Shown here: positions 30,672 through 39,812 of the stretch, in pieces
Numbering within the stretch: position 1 is the first letter of the stretch
Layout of the letters: each line of letters opens with the position of its first letter
NCBI GenBank assembly: GCA_963815665.1
Contig: CAWFHN010000006.1
Span: 196,365 to 260,364 of the forward strand
DNA from: an uncultured Solirubrobacterales bacterium
GTDB lineage: Bacteria > Actinomycetota > Thermoleophilia > Solirubrobacterales > 70-9
Reading direction: 5' to 3'
Length of the DNA: 64,000 bases
Notes under the pieces: model-generated
What the model was told of the DNA's origin: nothing
What the model saw: only the letters and a program-made list of their open reading frames with translations
The model's database searches: none
Made by a program: the position numbers and the translations under genes

Positions 30672-31115
30672 ATGACGACTCAGACAGAGGACGCCACCGC
30701 CATCCGCATGCTGGCGGAACGCTACGGGGAGGCCTGGAACCGGCAGGACCTCGACGCGATCATGGACCTGCACGCCGACGACTGCGTCTTCGTCGCCTAC
30801 GCCGCCGGCTCCCCCCTTGCCGAGGGCAAGGAGGCCGTCCGCGAGGCGTTCGCCGGCTACATCGCGATGATGCCCGACATCAACTTCGCCGAGCGCTCCC
30901 TGCACGTCGGCGAGGATCACTGGGTCTTCGAATCGACGATGTCCGGCACCGTGGAGCAGGCGATCGAGGTCGATGGCGAGTCGTTCGGCGATCGCGGCGC
31001 CAGGGTCGAGGTCCCCTGCGTCGACGTGATCGAGGTCCGCGACGGACTCGTCGCCAGCAAGCACACCTACCTCGACTCGATGGAGATGCAGCGGCAGCTG
31101 GGCGGCGAGGAGTGA
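30672..31115 (+). CDS. SnoaL-like / ester cyclase family protein
   Basis: 147 aa (AIRMLAERYGEAWNRQDLDAIMDLHADDCVF...). RBS GAGGAGG upstream. Confidence 0.8.
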   Translation: MTTQTEDATAIRMLAERYGEAWNRQDLDAIMDLHADDCVFVAYAAGSPLAEGKEAVREAFAGYIAMMPDINFAERSLHVGEDHWVFESTMSGTVEQAIEVDGESFGDRGARVEVPCVDVIEVRDGLVASKHTYLDSMEMQRQLGGEE

Positions 31116-31597
31116 TGACGGCCGTCGCCGAGAACGGGACCGCCACAGAGGCCGAAGCGGAGGCCTGGGTCGAGATGTTCGCCGAGGGCTGGGCCAACCC
31201 GGTCGACACCGACACCTTCTGTGACCACTTCGATCCCTGGTTGCAGCCCGAGGTGCGGATGATCCAGCCGTCGATGCGCCCGATCGTGGGCAAGGAGGAC
31301 TTCCGTGAGGAGTTCGCCCGCCCGCTCTTCGGCCTCGTCCCAGACCTGCACGGGATCGTCGAGAGCTCGGCAGCGAGCGGTGACATCGTCTACATCGAGC
31401 TGCGCCTGGAGGGGACGATCGGTCGCCGGAGGTTCACGATGCAGACCTGCGACCGGATCACGCTCCGCGACGGCAAGGCCAGCGAGCGCTTCGCCTACCT
31501 AGACGCAACCCCGCTGATCAAGGCCGTCGCGCTCAGCCCACGCTCCTGGCCCAAATTCCTGAAGATTCAGCTCCGCAACCTGAGGAGGCCCGCATGA
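31112..31597 (+). CDS. NTF2-like domain protein
   Basis: 161 aa, with a 4-nt overlap with the preceding gene. NTF2-like pattern (WVEMFAEGWANP...IVYIELRLEGTIG). Confidence 0.65.
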   Translation: MMTAVAENGTATEAEAEAWVEMFAEGWANPVDTDTFCDHFDPWLQPEVRMIQPSMRPIVGKEDFREEFARPLFGLVPDLHGIVESSAASGDIVYIELRLEGTIGRRRFTMQTCDRITLRDGKASERFAYLDATPLIKAVALSPRSWPKFLKIQLRNLRRPA

Positions 31598-32433
31598 CCG
31601 TCCAACTCCCACAGGGAAACATCCACTACCGCGAATACGGCGAGGGACCGCCGATCGTCTTCGTCCACGGCCTGCTCGTCGACGGGCGGCTCTGGCGGAA
31701 GGTGACGCCGCTGCTCGAGGACCGCTTCCGCTGCATCGTGCCCGAGTTCCCGCTCGGCTCTCATCCGGAGCCGCTCAATCCGGACGCCGACCTCTCTCCC
31801 CCGGGCCTCGCGCGGATCGTCGCGGGCGTCCTCGAGGGACTCGACCTGGAAGACGTCACCCTGGTCGCCAACGACACCGGCGGCGCGATCTCGCAGATCA
31901 CGGCCGCGAACCATCCCGAGCGGATCGGGCGGCTGGTGTTGACCAACTGCGACGCGTTCGAGAACTTCCTTCCGCCGGCCTTTCGTCCCATGCAATGGGC
32001 CGCGAAGGTGCCCGGCGGGCTGATGGCGATGATGGCCGGCATGCGCTTCGCGGCGCTCCGCCGCCTCCCGATCGCCTACGGCTGGCTGATCAAGCGCGAC
32101 TTCGCGGACGCGCCCACCCGTGAGTGGGTCGATCCCTTCCTGACCGACAGGGAGATTCGCCGGGACACGATCAAGGTGCTGAAGGGGATCGATCCGAAGT
32201 ACACATTCGAGGCCGCGGAGAAGCTGCGCAGCTTCGGCCGGCCGACCATGCTCGCCTGGGCCGTCGAGGACCGCTTCTTCAAGCTCTCCTTCGCGGAGCG
32301 GCTCGCGGACACCATCCAGGGCGCGACCCTCGAGAAGATCGAGGACTCCTACACCTTCGTCTCGGAGGATCAGCCCGAGCGGCTCGCGGAGCTGATCGCC
32401 CGCTTTGCGCGCGAGCCGACAGCGGTCGCGTAA
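31594..32433 (+). CDS. alpha/beta hydrolase (Asp-nucleophile, epoxide hydrolase/dehalogenase-like)
   Basis: 279 aa (PIVFVHGLLVDGRLW, nucleophile elbow VANDTGGAIS). 4-nt overlap with the upstream gene. Confidence 0.8.
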   Translation: MTVQLPQGNIHYREYGEGPPIVFVHGLLVDGRLWRKVTPLLEDRFRCIVPEFPLGSHPEPLNPDADLSPPGLARIVAGVLEGLDLEDVTLVANDTGGAISQITAANHPERIGRLVLTNCDAFENFLPPAFRPMQWAAKVPGGLMAMMAGMRFAALRRLPIAYGWLIKRDFADAPTREWVDPFLTDREIRRDTIKVLKGIDPKYTFEAAEKLRSFGRPTMLAWAVEDRFFKLSFAERLADTIQGATLEKIEDSYTFVSEDQPERLAELIARFAREPTAVA

Positions 32434-32929
32434 GGCGATCGCAGCGGCCTGGACCGCTGTCTTCCTGGTCCTGGTGCCCGGAGTCGTCGCGGGGCTGATC
32501 CCCTGGCTGCTGACTGGCTGGCGGGTGGAGGCTGCGCCGCTCACCGTCCGGATCGCCGGTGGCGCCTTGGTAATCGGAGGGGCAACCTTCCTGCTTGCGG
32601 CATTCGCGCGGTTCGTCGTGGAGGGCATCGGCACGCCCGCGCCCGTCGCCCCGACCGAGCGGCTCGTGGTCGGCGGCGCCTATCGCTACGTCCGCAACCC
32701 GATGTACCTGGCCGTCGGGGCGACGATCTGCGGCCAGGCGCTGCTGCTCGGCCAGTGGGGCCTGCTCGCCTACGCCGCCGTGTTCTTCGCGATCGTGGCG
32801 ACCTTCGTCATCACCTACGAGGAACCGGCTCTCGAGAGGCAGTTCGGCGCTGAGTACGACGCGTATCGGCGGGCCGTTCCGGGCTGGTTGCCTCGCCTGC
32901 ACTCATGGCAGGGCGAGCGCCCAAGCTGA
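32405..32929 (+). CDS. isoprenylcysteine carboxyl / phospholipid methyltransferase family membrane protein
   Basis: 174 aa with 4 TM helices. Motifs YRYVRNPMYLA and EEPALERQFGAEYDAYRRAVP. The start (TTG) is uncertain. Confidence 0.8.
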   Translation: MRASRQRSRKAIAAAWTAVFLVLVPGVVAGLIPWLLTGWRVEAAPLTVRIAGGALVIGGATFLLAAFARFVVEGIGTPAPVAPTERLVVGGAYRYVRNPMYLAVGATICGQALLLGQWGLLAYAAVFFAIVATFVITYEEPALERQFGAEYDAYRRAVPGWLPRLHSWQGERPS

Positions 32930-32997
32930 CCCTCGGCGGGAAGTTGCGGTTCCGAGATGGTGCGGCCGGCGCCCGCGAGCCGGGTTAAGGTACGACC

Positions 32998-33651
32998 GTG
33001 GCAGAGACAGGGGAGGCAGCGTCCGAAGCGATCTCGGTGGTCCTGGCCGACGACCACGCCGTCGTCCGCAGCGCGCTGCGCCTGATGCTCGAGCGTGAAC
33101 CCGACATCGAGGTGGTTGCGGAGGCGGGCGACGCCGATTCGGCGAGCCGATATGTCAGCGGCCACCATCCCAAGGTCCTGATCCTCGACATCAACATGCC
33201 GGGAGGGTCCGGACTGGCGGCGATCCCCACGATCAGGGAGCAATCGCCGGGCACGGAGATCGTCGTGCTCACCATGCAGGACGAGACCGCCTTCGCCCGC
33301 GAGGCGCTCCAGGCCGGGGTGCTGGGGTACATCCTCAAGGAGGCTGCAAGCGAGGAGCTGGTCAAGGCCGTCCGGATGGCCGCCGAGGGACGGACCTACC
33401 TGCAGCCCGAGCTCGGGGCTCGGCTCGCCGCCGAGCCGGATGCCGCGACACCGGATGACCTCTCCGAGCGCGAGCTGGAGGTCCTGCGCCTGATCGCTCT
33501 CGGACACACGAACAACGAGATCGCGGAGCAGCTCTACCTGAGCGTGCGAACCGTGGAGTCACACCGGGCGCACATCCAGCAGAAGCTCGCGATGACGACG
33601 CGCTCGGAGCTCGTCCGCTACGCGATCGAGCGCGGGCTGATAGACGTCTAG
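32998..33651 (+). CDS. NarL/LuxR family response regulator
   Basis: 217 aa with a receiver domain (VVLADDH...ILDINMPG) and a LuxR HTH (LSERELEVLRLIALGHTNNEIAEQLYLSVRTVESHR). Confidence 0.95.
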   Translation: MAETGEAASEAISVVLADDHAVVRSALRLMLEREPDIEVVAEAGDADSASRYVSGHHPKVLILDINMPGGSGLAAIPTIREQSPGTEIVVLTMQDETAFAREALQAGVLGYILKEAASEELVKAVRMAAEGRTYLQPELGARLAAEPDAATPDDLSERELEVLRLIALGHTNNEIAEQLYLSVRTVESHRAHIQQKLAMTTRSELVRYAIERGLIDV

Positions 33652-33653
33652 CG

Positions 33654-33828
33654 GCCACAAGGCCGCTCCACTTCGGAGCGGAGGGCGAAGCCCGTAGCGA
33701 CTTATGTGGGGCGGCCGCAAGTGGCCGCGACTGGTGGCGACGCCACAAGGCCGCTCCACTTCGGAGCGGAGGGCGAAGCCCGTAGCGACTTATGTGGGGC
33801 GGCCGCAAGTGGCCGCGACTGGTGGCGA
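33654..33828. repeat. perfect tandem duplication, 2 x 87 nt with an 88-nt period
   Basis: 33654..33740 is identical to 33742..33828 by base-by-base comparison. Each unit holds three stem-loops: CCGCTCC-acttc-GGAGCGG, GGGC-gaa-GCCC and GCGGCC-gcaagt-GGCCGC. The repeat fills the whole gap between the convergent RR and kinase genes. Confidence 0.95.
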
Positions 33829-33833
33829 AGCCG

Positions 33834-35342
33834 TCATTCGTCGTCGCCGCGGGTCTGGAGCGGGATCTCCGCTCGCACGCGCGTGCCCGACCCCCGGTTC
33901 GAGCTGACCTCGAGAGTGCCGCCCAGCAAGGCGGCGCGCTCCCTCATCCCCACGAGGCCGAACCCCTCGCGGACCAGGTTGGGCTCGAAGCCCACGCCAT
34001 CGTCGGCTACCTCCACCTCGATGGAACCGCGGCCGGCGCGCACGCTGAGGTCAGCGCGGCGCGCCATCGAGTGCTTCGCGACGTTGTTGAGGGCCTCCTG
34101 GACGAGCCGATAGACGGCGGTCTCGAGCACCGGCGTGGGGCGGCCGTCCTCCTCGCGGGCCAGCTCGAAGTCGCAATCGACCTGCAGGTTGGCCGCCTGA
34201 TGGTGCTGCTCGGCCAGGGCATGCAGGGCCGCCTCGAGGCCGATGGTGTCCAGTGACGCCGGCCGCAGCTCGGTGATCAGCCGGCGCAGCTTGACGATCT
34301 CGTCGTCGATCTGCTCCACCGCGGCCTGGCCCGTGTGGTGCAGATCCTCCGTGGTCTCCTCGCGGAGCGCCGACGAGAGGCGCATACGAAGAACCGCCAG
34401 CCCCTGGAGGGTCTCGTCATGAAGCTCACGGGCCCAGCGGCTGCGCTCCTGCTCGGCCGCGTCGATCGTGTTCTGGAGGCGCTCCTCGGCCATCGACCTG
34501 GCGGTCGCGACGCCTGTCGCGGCGCTCGCGGCGAAGGCCTCGAGCAGCCGCTGGTGCTCATCGTCGAAGCGGCCCGGCTCGCCGATTCGGTCAAGCGCGA
34601 CGACCAGGCCGAGCGGGTCACCGCGGAAGAGAAGCGGCGCGAGCAGCGCCCGGCCGCTCTCCTTGGCCCCCAGGTCTACGCCGGTGAACCTGCCGAGAAG
34701 GACCTGCTCGGAAGCCTCGTGGGCGGGCATCCTGAGCATTGAGATCTTGGGGTCGAGCCCACCGGCGATCGCCGCGGTGGCCGCCACCACCAGCTCCTCG
34801 CCCTCGCGGAGCAGGATGATCAGCGCCCTCGCCTCGACCAGCGCACGGCCGCGCTCGACGATTGCCTCCAGGACGCGTTCCAGGTCGGTCTCGCCGCCGA
34901 CCGCGATCGCAACGTCGGTGGCCGCCTGCAGCCGCCTGACGGCCCTGCGCAGCTCGTCGCGGTCCCGCCGCCGGTCTGTGATGTCGCGGATCGCCGCCAG
35001 CGCCATCATTCCGTTGTCCGTGGCCACCGCCGAGAGCGAGATCTCGCACGGAAACTCGCTGCCGTCCTTGCGCCGCGCGTAGAGGTCGTGACCCGCCCCC
35101 ATCGGGCGAGTGCGCGGCGCCTCGAAGTACTGCTCTCGATGCGCGACGTGCCCGGACCGAACGCGCTCAGGCACAAGCATCTCGACGTGCTCGCCGATCA
35201 GCTCCTCCCGCGTGTAGCCGAGGACCGCCTGCGTGCGCGAGTTGACGAGCCTGATCTCGCCGGTCTCGTCGACACCGATCACCGCATCGGGCGCGAATTC
35301 GAGGAACTCGCGCTCGAGCGCCTGACTCGCGTGGTCTGCCAC
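33834..35342 (-). CDS. cytoplasmic PAS-GAF sensor histidine kinase (HisKA_3 / NarL-partner type)
   Basis: 502 aa with a PAS domain (APDAVIGVDETGEIRLVNSRTQAVLGYTREELIG), a GAF domain, H-box ARELHDETLQGL and an HATPase domain (NNVAKHS...DDGVGF...GFGLVGMRERA). Confidence 0.93.
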   Translation of the reverse strand: MADHASQALEREFLEFAPDAVIGVDETGEIRLVNSRTQAVLGYTREELIGEHVEMLVPERVRSGHVAHREQYFEAPRTRPMGAGHDLYARRKDGSEFPCEISLSAVATDNGMMALAAIRDITDRRRDRDELRRAVRRLQAATDVAIAVGGETDLERVLEAIVERGRALVEARALIILLREGEELVVAATAAIAGGLDPKISMLRMPAHEASEQVLLGRFTGVDLGAKESGRALLAPLLFRGDPLGLVVALDRIGEPGRFDDEHQRLLEAFAASAATGVATARSMAEERLQNTIDAAEQERSRWARELHDETLQGLAVLRMRLSSALREETTEDLHHTGQAAVEQIDDEIVKLRRLITELRPASLDTIGLEAALHALAEQHHQAANLQVDCDFELAREEDGRPTPVLETAVYRLVQEALNNVAKHSMARRADLSVRAGRGSIEVEVADDGVGFEPNLVREGFGLVGMRERAALLGGTLEVSSNRGSGTRVRAEIPLQTRGDDE

Positions 35343-35434
35343 CGCGCGAGCATAGATCAGCTCGGGGTGCCCGTTGCCCGCGTAAACGCGCAGAAAGCCT
35401 GTGAGCGCACGCCTGACTAGCGTGGGGCTCGACG

Positions 35435-36154
35435 TTGATCGACCTCCACTGCCACATCCTGCCCGCTATCGACGACGGCGCGGTTGACCTCGCCGATTCG
35501 GTCGCAATGGGCCGAGTCGCCGCTGACGACGGGATCGAGGTCATCGCTGCGACGCCGCACATCCGCCACGACCACGATGTGCGCATCCCGGAGCTCGCCG
35601 GCAGGGTCGAGGAGGTCAACGCAGAGCTGACGCGGACTGATGTCGCCGTCGAGGTGGTGACGGGCGGAGAGGTGGCCGAGACTGCCCTCGACGGACTCGA
35701 TGAGGATGAGCTGCGCGCGGTCTCTCTGGGAGGCGGGAACTGGATCCTCTTGGAGCCCAGGCCCGGGCCGCTCGGCGAATCGCTGATCGAGTCGGTGGCC
35801 GATCTCCGCGGTGCCGGCTTCGGCGTGCTGGTCGCCCATCCCGAGCGCCACATCTCCGCCGACCTCCTGGATCGAATCCGAGCGCTGATCGATGCGGGCG
35901 CGCTCATTCAGTGCACCGCCGCATATCTTGTCTCTGGCAGCGCCCGCAAGGGGATGCTCGCCCTGGCGGCGGCCGGGCTGATCCACGTCCTGGCGAGTGA
36001 CGCCCACTCCTCCCATGGCGGCAGGCCGCTGCGGATCTCCGATGGGCTGGCGGCCCTCGGGCAGGTCGAGCTGCTCGGCCCGCATCTCGACTGGATCGCC
36101 AGAGAGGCGCCCGCGGCGATCCTCCGCGGCGAGCGCCCCGACCCGCCGTACTAG
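35435..36154 (+). CDS. PHP-domain protein-tyrosine phosphatase (CpsB/YwqE family)
   Basis: 239 aa (IDLHCHILPAIDDG...ATPH...AHPERH...SDAHS). TTG start. Confidence 0.85.
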   Translation: MIDLHCHILPAIDDGAVDLADSVAMGRVAADDGIEVIAATPHIRHDHDVRIPELAGRVEEVNAELTRTDVAVEVVTGGEVAETALDGLDEDELRAVSLGGGNWILLEPRPGPLGESLIESVADLRGAGFGVLVAHPERHISADLLDRIRALIDAGALIQCTAAYLVSGSARKGMLALAAAGLIHVLASDAHSSHGGRPLRISDGLAALGQVELLGPHLDWIAREAPAAILRGERPDPPY

Positions 36155-36191
36155 CGGCCACCCGCTCATGACCGCGACCTGATGTCGCGGT

Positions 36192-37127
36192 CTAGGCTCG
36201 CCGGAGTTCCACCTCGCGCGCCAGCTCCTCGACCTCCCGGCGCGACCCGGTGCCGAGCCCGTGGCGGAGGAAGTTGACCGCGCCGGCAGCCGCCCCGAGC
36301 ACCATCGCCTCGGGCAGCTCCCGGCCCCAGGCGAGAGCGGCCGCGATCGCTCCCATCATCGTGTCGCCGCAGCCCTCGCGCGAGCCAGCCTCGAGCTTCG
36401 GCGGGACGAGCTCCCATGCCTCATCGCCGATCAACGCCAGGGCGGGATCCCCGGCCCGGGTCACCAGGACGTTGCGTGCGCCCAGCCCGCGGAGCCTCTC
36501 AGCGGCGGCGCGAAGCCGCTGCGGCGTGTCCACGGGGCCAGCCACATAGGCGGCCAGCTCCCAGTCGTTCAGCTTGACGAGCTCCGGCTCGGCCGCGGCA
36601 GCGGACTCGATCCGGGGGCTGGAGAGGTCCGCGATCACCCGGACGCCGGACCCGCGGGCGTTGGAGACCAGGCTGCCGTAGACGTCGAGCGGCATCGCAT
36701 CACCCGGGTACGGGTTGCAGATCGCGAGCACATCGCTCTCCAACGCCGCCGCCGTGGTTGCGGCCACCAGCCCGTCCGTCTCGTGCCTGGAGGGCGGTGC
36801 GACGTAGGCCTGAGCCAGCACCTGGCGCTCGCCGCTGCGGCGGTCGGTCACGTAGCAGCCGGTGGAGGCCTCTGTCCTGATCAGGCGGCGCTCTCCCGGG
36901 AGCGCCGCCAGCAGCGGCTGGAGCACCGTTCCGGTCTCTCCCCCGATCAGCGAGCAGAGGATCGGCCAGGCGCCGAGCTCGCCCGCCATCCGGCTCAGCC
37001 AGACGCCCTGCCCCGCCGGATGGCAGTGAACGTCGTCGCGCCCCTCGCCGCGCTCCTCGATGGTGACGGTGAGCATCGGGCTGGGCCCGAAGACCGTAAT
37101 GCGTCCTGAGGGCTCGGCCATGGGCAA
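36192..37127 (-). CDS. PfkB family carbohydrate kinase (1-phosphofructokinase-like)
   Basis: 311 aa (LVKLNDWELA, GCGDTMMGAIAAAL). Confidence 0.8.
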   Translation of the reverse strand: MPMAEPSGRITVFGPSPMLTVTIEERGEGRDDVHCHPAGQGVWLSRMAGELGAWPILCSLIGGETGTVLQPLLAALPGERRLIRTEASTGCYVTDRRSGERQVLAQAYVAPPSRHETDGLVAATTAAALESDVLAICNPYPGDAMPLDVYGSLVSNARGSGVRVIADLSSPRIESAAAAEPELVKLNDWELAAYVAGPVDTPQRLRAAAERLRGLGARNVLVTRAGDPALALIGDEAWELVPPKLEAGSREGCGDTMMGAIAAALAWGRELPEAMVLGAAAGAVNFLRHGLGTGSRREVEELAREVELRRA

Positions 37128-37146
37128 ACCCTACGTTGGCGGAGCG

Positions 37147-38838
37147 CTAGACCTCGGTGTAGAGAGGCCCGTCGCCGCCCTCGGGCAGCGTCAGCCTGCC
37201 GCCCTTGGCGGTAATGGCGCCGCACTGCACGCAGTTGGAGGCGGTGACGTGGACGTCGACCGTCTCGGCGCCCGACTCGAGCTGGTCCTCGGGGATCTCG
37301 TAGACCTGCGCGGGACACATCGAGACCCAGGTCTGGGCGATCTCGCGCGGGACGCGGTTCTGGATCCGAACGTGGTTCGGGGCGTCGTCGCGGGTCGCGT
37401 TGCCAGAGAGAAAGACCGAGGAGAGCTTGTCGAAGATGTAGGAGCCGTCGGGCTGCGGGTACTTCTCGGCGGCGCCGTCGATCTCCACCTCAACCTCGGT
37501 ATCCGGCTCGACTTCCTTGTGGCCGGGCGGGACCGCTCCGCGCGAGAGCAGCCAGGCGTTCGCGATCGCGCCGAACGCCACGAACCCCTTGTCGCCGTAC
37601 TGGCGCACATTCCGGGAGCGGTAGAGGTCGTCCTCGATCTCCGACTTCTTGACCTTGCGCTCGTACTCCTCGAAGTTGACGGAGTCCTTCTTCAGGGATT
37701 CGACGATCGACTCGGCCGCGAACATGCCGGCGTGCATCGCGTAGTGGATCCCCTTCAGGTAGGGGATGTTGACCATCGAGACGTTGTCCCCGCACATCAC
37801 CATGCCGGGCACGGAGAGCCGCTTGGGCATCGACCAGTAGCCGCCGGAGGGGATCGTCTTCGCCCCCCAACCGACTCGTTCCCCGCCTTCGAGAAGCTTG
37901 CGGACGAACGGATGGGTCTTGAGCTGCTGCAGCGCGTCGTGACAGGAGAAGGTCGCGTCGGTGGTATCGAGGCCGGCGACCATGCCGATGGAGATCTTGT
38001 CGTCGCCCATCGGGTAGATGAAGCTGCCGCCGAACTCGTTGTACTTGGGGCGCCCCCGCAGCGGCCAGTTCATCGTGTGGATGACCCGATCGAGCGGCTT
38101 CGGGACCTTCCAGACCTCCTTGACGCCGATCTCCCATCGCATGGAGTCGCCGGCGAGGTCGAAGTAGTCGACCGCGCACTGCGTCAGGTGGCTCACCGTT
38201 CCCTCCGCCAGGACGGTGGCCTTGGCCATCAGGTCGGAGCCGGGCTCGAAGTTGCTGAGCTCCTCGCCGTCGCGGCCGCGGCCCTTGTCGCCGGAGCGAA
38301 TGCCGCGCACGATCCTGTCCTCGACCAGCAACTTGTCCGCCACGGTCTCGGTGAGGATGTAGGCGCCAGCCTCCTCGGCCTTCTCGGCAAGAAAGCGCGA
38401 CAGCTTCGAGATCGAGGTGACGTAGTTGCCGTGGTTGCGGAAGTTGGGCGGCGGCGGCTTCAGCGGGATCGCCAGCCGCTTGGTCAGGAGATAGACGGCG
38501 TCCTTCTCGACCTTCTGGTAGACCGGCCAATCGCTCGGATCGAGGTCGGGGAACAGCTTCTCCATCGCCGACGGCACCATGTTCGCCCCCGAGACGTTGT
38601 GGGCGCCGCAGGCCTTGCCCTTCTCGATCACCGCGACCGGGATCTCGCCGAGCTGCTCGGTCAGCCCCGGCTCTTGTTCCAGTAGTTGCAGGACGCGATT
38701 GGCGCAGGCAAGCCCGGCCGGGCCGCCGCCGACGATGACGATGCCGGCCTCGAGGCGCTCCTCCGGGGCATCGGTCGGGGAACCGACGTAGTCCCCCGGA
38801 TTGAACGGCGGAGGGAACTCCGCCGGCTTGACGGCCAC
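37147..38838 (-). CDS. electron-transfer flavoprotein:quinone oxidoreductase (ETF-QO/FixC-FixX fusion type)
   Basis: 563 aa from the GTG at 38838 (VAVKPAEFPPPFNPG...). FAD motif IVIVGGGPAGLACA and a C-terminal 4Fe-4S region (CPAQVYE...CVQCGAI). The upstream 460 aa of the 1026-aa track ORF overlap etfA/etfB out of frame and were rejected. Confidence 0.88.
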   Translation of the reverse strand: MAVKPAEFPPPFNPGDYVGSPTDAPEERLEAGIVIVGGGPAGLACANRVLQLLEQEPGLTEQLGEIPVAVIEKGKACGAHNVSGANMVPSAMEKLFPDLDPSDWPVYQKVEKDAVYLLTKRLAIPLKPPPPNFRNHGNYVTSISKLSRFLAEKAEEAGAYILTETVADKLLVEDRIVRGIRSGDKGRGRDGEELSNFEPGSDLMAKATVLAEGTVSHLTQCAVDYFDLAGDSMRWEIGVKEVWKVPKPLDRVIHTMNWPLRGRPKYNEFGGSFIYPMGDDKISIGMVAGLDTTDATFSCHDALQQLKTHPFVRKLLEGGERVGWGAKTIPSGGYWSMPKRLSVPGMVMCGDNVSMVNIPYLKGIHYAMHAGMFAAESIVESLKKDSVNFEEYERKVKKSEIEDDLYRSRNVRQYGDKGFVAFGAIANAWLLSRGAVPPGHKEVEPDTEVEVEIDGAAEKYPQPDGSYIFDKLSSVFLSGNATRDDAPNHVRIQNRVPREIAQTWVSMCPAQVYEIPEDQLESGAETVDVHVTASNCVQCGAITAKGGRLTLPEGGDGPLYTEV

Positions 38839-39812
38839 TAGGAGCCCTTTTTGGCCTTGATCGCCTCGGTCAGCTTGGGGACGATCTTGTGTAGGTCGCC
38901 CACCACCCCGAGGTCGCAGAACTCGAAGATCGGTGCGTTCTGGTCCTTGTTGATGGCCAGGATGTTCTCCGAGTTCTGCATTCCGACCTTGTGCTGGATC
39001 GCGCCGGAGATCCCGAGCGCCAGGTAGAGGTTCGGCGCCACGGTCTTGCCGGTCTGCCCGATCTGAGCCGCGTACGGGTACCAGCCCGCGTCGACGACCG
39101 CGCGCGTTGCGGCAACCGCACCCCCCATTGTGTTGGCCAGCTGCTCCGCGAGCTCGAAGTTCTCGGCCTTGCCGAGACCGCGGCCTCCGCCGACCAGGAT
39201 GTCTGCGCCCTCGATGTCGACGTCCTCGCCGCGCTGCTCGCCGCGAGTCACCATCTTGGCCTTGGTGGACCACTCGGAGAGCTCGACCGCGACGTCCTCG
39301 ACCTCGGCCGTGCCGCCGGTCTCGTTCTCGTCGAATGCGTTGAGGCGACCGATGATGATCCCGGGCTCCTCGACGTAGCCGACGTCGGCGATCTGCGAGT
39401 CCTGGAGGATCGGCCGCTCGGCGACGAGCTTGCCGTCCTGGACGTTCACCGCGGTGACCTCCATGGTCACGCCGGCGTTCAGGCGAGCCGTCAGGCCCGC
39501 CCCGATCTCGAAGCCCAGCAGGCCTCCGCCGAAGAGCGCGTAGGAGAAGTCGTTGTCCGTGATGACCTTCGCCATCACGTCGACGATCGGCTGAGCCAGG
39601 CCCTCCGGGGCCTCCTTGCAGCGGTAGACCTTGGTCACGCCATAGGCGCCCAGCCCGGCGGCGGCGTCGTCGGCGACGTCGCCGACCACCACGGCCGCGG
39701 CCTCGGTGCCGAGCTCGCTGGCAAGCTTCGCCGCCTCGGAGAGAGCGCCGAGGGAGTTCTTGTTGAACTCGCCCTCGTCGTTGTGCAGTGCATAGACCAG
39801 GATCCCCGCCAT
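38838..39812 (-). CDS. etfA: electron transfer flavoprotein alpha subunit
   Basis: 324 aa (VGGGRGLG, LYLALGISGAIQHKVGM). Confidence 0.95.
   Translation of the reverse strand: MAGILVYALHNDEGEFNKNSLGALSEAAKLASELGTEAAAVVVGDVADDAAAGLGAYGVTKVYRCKEAPEGLAQPIVDVMAKVITDNDFSYALFGGGLLGFEIGAGLTARLNAGVTMEVTAVNVQDGKLVAERPILQDSQIADVGYVEEPGIIIGRLNAFDENETGGTAEVEDVAVELSEWSTKAKMVTRGEQRGEDVDIEGADILVGGGRGLGKAENFELAEQLANTMGGAVAATRAVVDAGWYPYAAQIGQTGKTVAPNLYLALGISGAIQHKVGMQNSENILAINKDQNAPIFEFCDLGVVGDLHKIVPKLTEAIKAKKGS

Noticed and set aside
33654-33828. Possible CRISPR array or coding repeat (ORFs 33704..33907, 33706..34113, 33792..34256)
   Set aside because: There are only two directly abutting identical units, with no spacers and no cas genes. 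The 88-nt period is not divisible by 3, so the predicted peptides change frame between copies. The downstream parts of those ORFs are antisense to the kinase gene.
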